From positions 17,055 through 81,054 of the forward strand of contig CAYUHX010000001.1 in NCBI GenBank assembly GCA_964444705.1: a stretch of 64,000 bases of DNA. The letters run 5' to 3'. This stretch comes from an uncultured Gammaproteobacteria bacterium. Lineage in GTDB: Bacteria; Patescibacteriota; Patescibacteriia; Magasanikbacterales; GWA2-37-8. Positions 56,588 to 64,000 of this stretch are shown here, one piece after another (within the stretch, counting starts at the first letter, position 1; every line of letters begins with the position of its first letter). The notes beneath the pieces were generated by a model. That model saw only the letters and a program-made list of their open reading frames with translations. It ran no database searches and had not been told where the DNA came from. The translations under genes were made by a program, and so were the position numbers.

Positions 56588-57562
56588 CTACTCATCACGC
56601 AGCACTTTCCTCAGTCGATCTGCTTCGTCCTCATTCGCTTGAGTTGTTTCTAAAAGATCGAGATATTCTTTCCACACGGTGGCTCGCTCTTTATTTACCC
56701 TATTGCGTAATCGATTCCCAAAAGAAATAAATGCCGATGGTTCGTTCAACTCTTTTGCAGCAACACCCAAGCGAAGCAGCAACTGGTCTTTTAAAAAACC
56801 TAATTGTGAATTATTTTGTGCAATAACCTCCTCAAGCTGGCTAATTTGTGACTCTACAACATCACGAGGGGTTGACCTGCCCTCAACCTTTAAATCATGA
56901 TTTTTCGAAAGCGGTTCATCCCAGGCTGATCGGGTCGCACTTACGTGCGATGCTTTGACTAACGATTGACGCTCAAGCGCAGCATTTTCTCGCTGCAAAC
57001 GCTGCATATTCGCCTCTTCTTTTTCTGCGTTGCGCTTAATTTCCGCTTCCAATTCTGCGCGCTGCCGTTTTTCAATCACTTCATTTCTTCTTTTTTCCAT
57101 TAACTCATCCATTGCCACCGCATTTTGTTTTCTATACGCCCGCCTCTCTTCTTCTGTTAAATTCGGTGGAAAATCAATGCCATCAACTGGCTCCGTCAGT
57201 TGCGTTGCTTCATTCGTTAAATCTGGCACACCATCACTACTTTCATCAACTGGCGACACCAATTTCGTCTCAGCACCCAAAACAACTTCCGGAGAAAACA
57301 TATCTGTAATCCGAACTGGGGAAACGCCACTTGGAAACGAGGGATCTAATCTAGCGCGACCCTCGACATCACGCGATTTTTGTACCCTCGTCCGCAACTC
57401 TTCTAAACGAATCAGATCTTCTGGCTTCAAATTACTTTGCGCAAATGAAAGTGGTATATCTAGCCACTCTACCAGATTTGCATCTGTTAACCTTCCATTT
57501 TCTTCAAAATGATTAACTAATTTTTCTGGCACATGCCCCCCTGATGAAACATTTTCTCCCAT
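56588..57562 (-). CDS. Hypothetical charged coiled-coil protein
   Basis: 324-aa ORF, T-ATG start, Glu/Arg-rich heptads. Confidence 0.7.
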   Translation of the reverse strand: MGENVSSGGHVPEKLVNHFEENGRLTDANLVEWLDIPLSFAQSNLKPEDLIRLEELRTRVQKSRDVEGRARLDPSFPSGVSPVRITDMFSPEVVLGAETKLVSPVDESSDGVPDLTNEATQLTEPVDGIDFPPNLTEEERRAYRKQNAVAMDELMEKRRNEVIEKRQRAELEAEIKRNAEKEEANMQRLQRENAALERQSLVKASHVSATRSAWDEPLSKNHDLKVEGRSTPRDVVESQISQLEEVIAQNNSQLGFLKDQLLLRLGVAAKELNEPSAFISFGNRLRNRVNKERATVWKEYLDLLETTQANEDEADRLRKVLRDE

Positions 57563-57731
57563 ATAACTATGTAAGAAATAAAAACATGTTTATGCTAACA
57601 TAAATAAACGCAAAGTCAATTAAGGTTTGACAAAAAAAATACACCGAGTTAAGCTAATTTTACTTCTTCTCTACGAAAGATGAGGCCCCGCCGTGGGCTT
57701 TTTTAGATTCGTACGACCTACTTATATTTTT

Positions 57732-60407
57732 ATGGATAAAATTACCATTAAAGGCGCCCGAGAACATAACCTAAAAAACATTTCTCTTGAGCTGCCACGC
57801 AACAAAATGATTGTGTTTACGGGTTTGTCTGGTTCGGGAAAATCAAGCCTCGCGTTTGATACTATCTTTGCCGAAGGTCAGCGTCGCTATATTGAAAGTT
57901 TGTCCGCCTATGCGCGGCAATTTTTGGGTGGTATGCAAAAACCTGATGTGGATGAAATCGAAGGCTTGTCCCCCGCTATTTCTATTGACCAAAAAGCGCA
58001 TAGTGCAAACCCGCGTTCTACGGTGGCCACCATCACCGAAATCTACGATTACCTGCGCGTGTTGTTTGCTCGCGTCGGCGCACCACATTGCCCCATCTGT
58101 GGCACCAAAATAGAAAAAATGACTATCGATCAAATGATTGAACGAATAGTGAAAGGAATAAAAAATAAAGACAAAGAAAAAAATGTATTAACCATTCTTT
58201 CTCCCATAGTCCGCGGACGCAAAGGTGAATATTACCAATTACTCTATGACACCTATAACTCTGGCTACCTTGAGGTGCGCGTTGATGGCAAAATAAAAAG
58301 TCTGCGAGAAAGAATTGTCTTATCAAAAAACAATGCGCACACCATTGAAGTTATTGTCGATAAAATTCCATTAAAATTTGACGAAAAAAATCTAAAATCA
58401 AAAACTACTACACCGCTATCAGAAGATGATTCCCAACGCCTCACCGAAGCAGTACGTTCGGCCACCGATCTTTCAAACGGCCTTTGTACAGTCATTTACC
58501 CCAGCGGTGAGGAGCAGGTATACAGCACCGAATATTCCTGCCCCAACGATGGGTTTAGCTTCCCAGAAATTGAGCCGCGCTTGTTTAGTTTCAACAGCCC
58601 CTATGGCTACTGCGAAGCCTGCACCGGCCTTGGTACCAAAGAACTTTTCAGCACCGAAATATGCACCGTCTGCCAAGGTAAACGTCTCAACAAAAATGCA
58701 CTTAGTGTAAAAGTGGGTACCAAAAACATTTGGGAAATCACCACGCTCACCATTAGTGATGCGCGCGAATTTTTTGCCGCAGTCGACATGGAGCTGAGCG
58801 ACACTGAGCGAGAAATTTCTGGTGCAGTGCTTAAAGAAATCGGCAATCGTTTACAATTCATGTTTAATGTAGGTTTGCATTATTTGAGTCTCAACCGCAA
58901 AGCCGGCACTCTCTCGGGTGGCGAGGCGCAACGCATTCGCCTCGCGTCGCAAGTGGGCACCAAACTCGTCGGTGCGCTTTATGTGCTCGACGAGCCCACC
59001 ATTGGACTCCACCAAAAAGACAATGACCAGTTGGTGAAAACGCTTCGCAATCTCTGCGATGTGGGCAACACCATCATCGTGGTGGAGCACGACGAAGACA
59101 CCATTCTTGCGAGTGATTGGCTCGTTGATTTTGGCCCGGGCGCCGGAAAGCATGGTGGCGAAGTGGTGTATTCTGGTCCACTCACCACACTGCTCGAAAC
59201 ACGCAACGACACGAATGTAAAAAAATCTACTGCCCGCGCGCTTGGTGCGACTGTGGCTATCCCAAAGAAAAAAAATTCTGAAGACCTGGTTGGTCAAACC
59301 GCCTTTCACTGCGCTCTTCAAGGCAGTGCCCTCCAGTCGCTCACTGGGCAGTATTTGCGCGGTGAAAAAACCATCGCTATTCCAGAAACACGGCGCAAAG
59401 TTGATTCCGCGACACCAAAAATAAAAATCAAAGGCGCCAAAGAACACAACCTTAAAAACATCACCGTTGAAATTCCACTCCGACGTTTGGTGTGTCTTAC
59501 CGGCGTCTCGGGATCGGGCAAGTCAACCCTCATGCATGATATTTTGCATGAAGCGGTAACGAATAAATTTTTCCGCACGAGCCGAGTCGTCGGCGCGCAC
59601 CAAGAAATTACCGGCCTTGAATATATTGATCGCATGATTACCATTGATCAATCGCCGATCGGCCGTACCCCCCGCTCTAACCCCGCAACATATACCAAAG
59701 CTTTTGATATCATTCGCGACTTATTTTCTTCCACCGCCGAAGCCAAAATCCGCGGCTTTAAAAACGGAATGTTTAGCTTCAATGTCCCCGGTGGACGCTG
59801 CGAGCACTGCGAAGGACGTGGCACACTCGAAATTGAAATGCACTTCTTGCCAAGTGTAGAAATTGTCTGTGATGTGTGCCGAGGAAAACGTTTTACTCAA
59901 GATGTGCTTCAAATTCATTACAAAGAAAAAAATATTTCTGAAGTTTTGAGCATGACCGTCGAAGAAGCGGAAGAATTTTTTCGCGACGTTCCTCTCATTC
60001 ATGATAAATTAAAAATGCTGAAAGAAGTGGGTCTTGATTATCTCACGCTTGGGCAATCAGCCACGACGCTTTCAGGCGGTGAAGCACAACGCATCAAGCT
60101 CTCGAAAGAACTTTCTAAATACGGCACGAGCAAAACACTCTACCTCTTGGACGAACCCACCACCGGTCTCCACTACGAAGATGTACGCAAATTAGTGGAT
60201 GTACTCCAACGCCTGGTTTCGCAAGGCAACACGGTGATGGTGATTGAACACAATCTTGATGTGATCAAATCTGCCGACTGGATTATTGATCTTGGCCCAG
60301 AAGGTGGTGACAAAGGGGGTCAATTAGTTGCCACTGGCACGCCCGAAGAAGTAGCTAAAAAAAGTGGCAGCGCCACTGGGCATTATTTAAAAAGACTTCT
60401 GAAATAA
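57732..60407 (+). CDS. uvrA: Excinuclease ABC subunit A, paralog 2 (insertion domain largely missing)
   Basis: GAREHNLKN, two ABC cassettes, [11 protein letters not shown]; CEACTGLG is followed within 9 aa by CTVCQGKRL. Start set at MDKI; upstream promoter TTGACA-17-TAAGCT. Confidence 0.95.
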   Translation: MDKITIKGAREHNLKNISLELPRNKMIVFTGLSGSGKSSLAFDTIFAEGQRRYIESLSAYARQFLGGMQKPDVDEIEGLSPAISIDQKAHSANPRSTVATITEIYDYLRVLFARVGAPHCPICGTKIEKMTIDQMIERIVKGIKNKDKEKNVLTILSPIVRGRKGEYYQLLYDTYNSGYLEVRVDGKIKSLRERIVLSKNNAHTIEVIVDKIPLKFDEKNLKSKTTTPLSEDDSQRLTEAVRSATDLSNGLCTVIYPSGEEQVYSTEYSCPNDGFSFPEIEPRLFSFNSPYGYCEACTGLGTKELFSTEICTVCQGKRLNKNALSVKVGTKNIWEITTLTISDAREFFAAVDMELSDTEREISGAVLKEIGNRLQFMFNVGLHYLSLNRKAGTLSGGEAQRIRLASQVGTKLVGALYVLDEPTIGLHQKDNDQLVKTLRNLCDVGNTIIVVEHDEDTILASDWLVDFGPGAGKHGGEVVYSGPLTTLLETRNDTNVKKSTARALGATVAIPKKKNSEDLVGQTAFHCALQGSALQSLTGQYLRGEKTIAIPETRRKVDSATPKIKIKGAKEHNLKNITVEIPLRRLVCLTGVSGSGKSTLMHDILHEAVTNKFFRTSRVVGAHQEITGLEYIDRMITIDQSPIGRTPRSNPATYTKAFDIIRDLFSSTAEAKIRGFKNGMFSFNVPGGRCEHCEGRGTLEIEMHFLPSVEIVCDVCRGKRFTQDVLQIHYKEKNISEVLSMTVEEAEEFFRDVPLIHDKLKMLKEVGLDYLTLGQSATTLSGGEAQRIKLSKELSKYGTSKTLYLLDEPTTGLHYEDVRKLVDVLQRLVSQGNTVMVIEHNLDVIKSADWIIDLGPEGGDKGGQLVATGTPEEVAKKSGSATGHYLKRLLK

Positions 60408-60495
60408 CGCTATCGTGCCCTCTGGTTTTTTACTCACACCAAAGCAAAAACAACTCCCCATATTGCCTTTTACCATAAAAAATGGCATACTGAGC

Positions 60496-60912
60496 GCTCA
60501 TAACAGGTAATCGCCCCGACGTAAAGTCGGGGAGGAAAGTCCGAACACCCTACCCTCCGCCTCGTGCGGAGATTGAAAAAGGTAGTGGGTAACACCCACC
60601 CTTTGTTTCGTGAGGAGCAAGGCGGGACAGTGGCACAGAGACAATACTAACCAGTGCTTGGCACTGGCGAAAGGTGAAAAGTGTGAGGAGGTAAAAAATC
60701 TTCGGATTTCTTGCCACCCCACTCCTCGGCTGGCAACAGCCGAGTGTGCTAAACCCTACCTGGTGCAAGAGCAGCCCCAAATTCCCTTTATGGAATTTGT
60801 CGGAAAAGTTCGCTCGCACAGATTCCGTCAGCAATGCCGGAGCCAGAGAAATGATTACCACTCCCCCATCTAAAAAATGGTGGAGCACAAAATTCGGCTT
60901 ATCGTTATGAGC
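60496..60912 (+). ncRNA. rnpB: RNase P RNA
   Basis: P1 GCTCATAAC/GTTATGAGC, GAGGAAAGTCCGAAC, ACAAAATTCGGCTTAT; promoter TTGCCT-17-CATACT (60463-60491); terminator hairpin 60916-60947. Confidence 0.95.
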
Positions 60913-60986
60913 ATCCTAAAACCTCTCTTCCTCAGAGAGGTTTTAGTTTGACGATGAACCGCTTTAGGCATAAAATAGCTCGTACT

Positions 60987-62405
60987 ATGAAACGCTTTGA
61001 ACTTATTTTTACCTTTCTCAAACTTCCACTTGATTTTATTCTTCTGGTTTGTGCTGGACTCACCGCCTACAGCATACGCTACACCCCTCTCGTTGTCTCA
61101 ATTCGCCCAATTCTCTTCAATCTTAAGTGGCCGCATTTTTTTCAAAGCCTCCTTCTTGTTGCAGCTGGTTGGATCGGCATCTTCATCGTCTCCGGACTCT
61201 ACGATGCCAACCCCAACCGAAAATTTTCAAATGAAATTACTAAAATAGTGATGGCCTGCTCAACCGGTTTTGCCGCTATCACTATCTATGTTTTTTTTAC
61301 ATTGCAAAAATTTGATTCCCGTTTTTTGGTGCTGGCTGGCTGGCTCATTGCCACGGTATACCTCATCGCCATGCGCTTGATACTTCACGGTATTAAAACT
61401 TTGTGTTATCGCTATGGTTTTGGTCGCCGCCGCGCAGTGATCATTGGATCCGAAACCATTGCGGAAACTATTACGACAACTCTTCAAAATAACCCTCGCT
61501 TTGGATATCTCATAGTCGGCACCTTTTCTGCCTTCACAAAAAACAATAGTTCACACATTCTCACTCTTCAGCCAGACGAAATTATTTTTACCAACCCGCG
61601 AGGCAATGAAGACGAGACCTTGGCTGCCATCGACTTTGCCAACGAACATCACCTCACCTTTAAATATTCAGCTGACCTATTTGCCACCATCTCCACCAAC
61701 CTGTCTGTTTCCACCATTGCCGGCATTCCCATCATCGAACTCCAACGCACTCGCCTCAATGGGTGGGGCAGAATTATTAAACGCTTGATTGATATTGTAG
61801 GTAGTATTTTTTTTCTCCTCCTCTTTTCGCCACTATTCGGATTTGTTGCCCTGTACATTCTTATTGAAAGCGGTCGACCAATTATCTATAAAAATAAACG
61901 TGTCGGGCAAAATGGAAAGCTTTTTTTTACTCTCAAATTCCGCTCCATGTACCAACGCTTTTGCACCGGCGAACAATTTAGCAGCAACGACAAAAAAGCA
62001 CTGGCCCTAGAAAAAGAACTGATCACAAAACAAAGTATCAAAACTGGTCCCGTGTATAAAATTAAAGATGACCCCCGTGTCACGCCTTTTGGTCGTTTTA
62101 TTCGGCTCTGGAGCCTTGATGAATTACCCCAATTTATCAATGTCTTAAAAGGTGAAATGAGCCTCGTTGGACCGCGACCACACCAACCTCGAGAGGTGGA
62201 CAATTATGACACCCATCACAAAATTGTACTCACCCTCAAGCCTGGTATCACCGGCCTTACTCAAATCTCTGGTCGTAGTAATTTGCCATTTGAAGAAGAA
62301 GTTAAACTCGATACTTTTTACATTGAACACTGGAGTTTGTTTCTTGATGCAATTATTCTACTCAAAACTCCGTTTGTGGTACTCAAAAGAGATGGTGTGT
62401 TATGA
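60987..62405 (+). CDS. Undecaprenyl-phosphate sugar phosphotransferase (WcaJ/WbaP/CpsE family)
   Basis: N-terminal TMs, KRLIDI, KFRSM, DDPRVT..GRFIR..SLDELPQ, MSLVGPRP, KPGITG. Confidence 0.92.
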   Translation: MKRFELIFTFLKLPLDFILLVCAGLTAYSIRYTPLVVSIRPILFNLKWPHFFQSLLLVAAGWIGIFIVSGLYDANPNRKFSNEITKIVMACSTGFAAITIYVFFTLQKFDSRFLVLAGWLIATVYLIAMRLILHGIKTLCYRYGFGRRRAVIIGSETIAETITTTLQNNPRFGYLIVGTFSAFTKNNSSHILTLQPDEIIFTNPRGNEDETLAAIDFANEHHLTFKYSADLFATISTNLSVSTIAGIPIIELQRTRLNGWGRIIKRLIDIVGSIFFLLLFSPLFGFVALYILIESGRPIIYKNKRVGQNGKLFFTLKFRSMYQRFCTGEQFSSNDKKALALEKELITKQSIKTGPVYKIKDDPRVTPFGRFIRLWSLDELPQFINVLKGEMSLVGPRPHQPREVDNYDTHHKIVLTLKPGITGLTQISGRSNLPFEEEVKLDTFYIEHWSLFLDAIILLKTPFVVLKRDGVL

Positions 62406-63520
62406 AAATTGCTCTAGTCCATGATTACCTTGCTCAAGATGGAGGGGCTGAGCGTGTCCTTAAAGCTATGCACGAGCTGTGGCCCGATGCTCCTATTTTT
62501 GTATTGTTTCATGATCGTGAGAAAATTCCTTACTTCACCAATACAACCATTCACGAGTCGTGGCTAGCCAAAATGCCCGGCATTAACACCCATTATCAAT
62601 GGTACCTCCCCTTTATGCCCGGCGCCACCGAACAATATGATCTACGGGCATTTGATGTGGTGATCTCGTCCACCAGTGCTTTTGCCAAAGGAGTCATTAT
62701 TTCCCCTCATACACTCCACCTTTCATATTGCCACACGCCCACGCGTTTTCTCTGGGCCGACAGTCATGAATACTTGGCCGACCTCAACTACAGCTGGGCG
62801 GTTAAAGCGTTTGTACCCCGGCTACTTTATCGCTTACGGCTCTGGGACAAACTCAGTGTTGATCGAGTTGACCACTTCATCGCAAATTCTCACACCGTTC
62901 AACAGCGCATCAACAAATATTACCGCCGCCAGAGCGATGTCATCTACCCACCAGTTGACACCCACCTCTTTTCAATCGCACCACAGATAAAAAACTACTT
63001 TATTGCTGGTGGCCGCCTGGTGCCCTACAAACGATTTGATTTAATTGTTCGGGTATTTAATCGCTTAGGTTATCCGCTCAAAATTTTTGGCACCGGACCA
63101 GAGCTTGATCGTCTCCAACGCTACGCTAAAGCCAACATTGAATTTCTTGGCCGGGTGAACGACGAAGAAAAACGCCAACTCCTCAGCGAAGCACAAGCTT
63201 TTATCCACCCTCAACTCGAAGACTTTGGCATCACCACCGTTGAATCGCTCGCCAGCGGGCGACCGGTCATCGCTTTTGCAGCTGGCGGCGCCGCCGAAAC
63301 CATTCTTCCTGGGGAAACAGGCGTTTTATTTCCCGAACAAAGCTGGGAATCACTCCTCAATGCAGTACTTCACTTTAACGCTTCTCATTGGGATAGTCTT
63401 GCTATCCGTGAGCACGCGCTTAAATTTAGCGCTGATACTTTCAAGCTCACCTTACAAAAATATGTTAATGATCGTTATGAAGAATTTCTCAAAAGCCTCG
63501 ACCAAAGCACATTGATTTGA
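62402..63520 (+). CDS. GT4-family glycosyltransferase
   Basis: ALVHDYL...GGAERV, YCHTPTR, EDFGITTVES..SGRPVIA. Confidence 0.92.
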   Translation: MKIALVHDYLAQDGGAERVLKAMHELWPDAPIFVLFHDREKIPYFTNTTIHESWLAKMPGINTHYQWYLPFMPGATEQYDLRAFDVVISSTSAFAKGVIISPHTLHLSYCHTPTRFLWADSHEYLADLNYSWAVKAFVPRLLYRLRLWDKLSVDRVDHFIANSHTVQQRINKYYRRQSDVIYPPVDTHLFSIAPQIKNYFIAGGRLVPYKRFDLIVRVFNRLGYPLKIFGTGPELDRLQRYAKANIEFLGRVNDEEKRQLLSEAQAFIHPQLEDFGITTVESLASGRPVIAFAAGGAAETILPGETGVLFPEQSWESLLNAVLHFNASHWDSLAIREHALKFSADTFKLTLQKYVNDRYEEFLKSLDQSTLI

Positions 63521-63530
63521 CGTTGTTCAG

Positions 63531-63664
63531 ATTTTAGCTTGTAGGCGGTAGTTTCTAAGTTGAAAAATGTTTATTTTTTAGGTTAGAAATCTTAATGCAA
63601 GCTACAAGTTAACGCCTAAATCCTGCAATCTAAAAACTAACACCTAAAACCTCTAACCTAAAAC
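63531..63664. repeat. Degenerate heptamer tandem repeats in inverted arrangement
   Basis: CTACAAG TTAACGC CTAAATC CTGCAAT CTAAAAA CTAACAC CTAAAAC CTCTAAC CTAAAAC, with complementary ATTTTAG CTTGTAG GCGGTAG upstream. Confidence 0.65.
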
Positions 63665-63667
63665 TTT

Positions 63668-63976
63668 GTGACTTGGAAAACTCCCTCACTCAAACATCTC
63701 GCACATACCATTCATACCATAAAAACCGAGTCTGACCTGCTTAATTTTTTGCGTGATCTCTGTACGCACGAAGAGTTAGCCGACTTATCTATTCGTTGGC
63801 AGATCGTACGTTTACTTCACCAGGGCATGCCCTACCGAAAAGTGGCCGAAAAAACCGGCGTCAGCACCACCACGGTCACCCGTATTGCCCACTGGCTCCA
63901 TCATGGCACCGGCGGCTACCAAGCAGTGTTGGCAACCTCTCCCACCCATCCACGCCGCCGACGCCAGAAACAATAA
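63668..63976 (+). CDS. TrpR-like YerC/YecD family protein
   Basis: FLRDLCT..EL, RWQIV.LL, PYRKVAEKTGVSTTTVTRIA.WL.HG.GGY. Confidence 0.88.
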   Translation: MTWKTPSLKHLAHTIHTIKTESDLLNFLRDLCTHEELADLSIRWQIVRLLHQGMPYRKVAEKTGVSTTTVTRIAHWLHHGTGGYQAVLATSPTHPRRRRQKQ

Positions 63977-64000
63977 TATTTCTCTACATTACATAAAAAC

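Noticed and set aside
59190-59345. In-frame insertion in uvrA-2 (and short ones in queA) as intein or intron
   Set aside because: Too short, no intein terminal residues or intron motifs; it falls in a variable linker.
60498-60888. Short ORFs over 60498-60888
   Set aside because: They overlap the RNase P RNA gene.

Overview
A 64-kb stretch of an AT-leaning bacterial chromosome. Gene content and style suggest Patescibacteria/CPR (Parcubacteria-like, possibly ABY1/Magasanikbacteria; this is inference, not a phylogeny): housekeeping genes alternate with orphans, there are CPR-type pilin, DsbA and DUF3048 proteins and a giant Ig-repeat surface protein, and rplK is not followed by rplA. Housekeeping genes include scpA (partial), aspS, gap, rlmI, tsf, rpsB, gyrB, secE-nusG-rplK, queA, mltG, rluD, gmk, rplS, rpmE-prfA-prmC, rplY, bcp, rsmE, rodA, uvrA (two copies), uvrB, uvrC, rnpB, a rare tRNA-Ile(UAU) and the start of a polysaccharide locus. 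The main unexplained signal is five stand-alone single-gene cassettes (about 1.8, 14.0, 44.4, 51.2 and 55 kb). They use a different expression 'dialect' from the rest of the window: a Shine-Dalgarno sequence and no T before the ATG, whereas nearly all resident genes start at SD-less T-ATG. The three larger ones have very GC-rich coding sequence. Four of the five are wrapped in heavily base-paired 5'/3' UTRs, yet they sit behind AT-rich, resident-style sigma70 promoters. All five encode membrane or exported proteins. My hypothesis is stabilised mRNAs formatted for a foreign (host-like, high-GC) translation system; the alternative is domesticated horizontal acquisitions.
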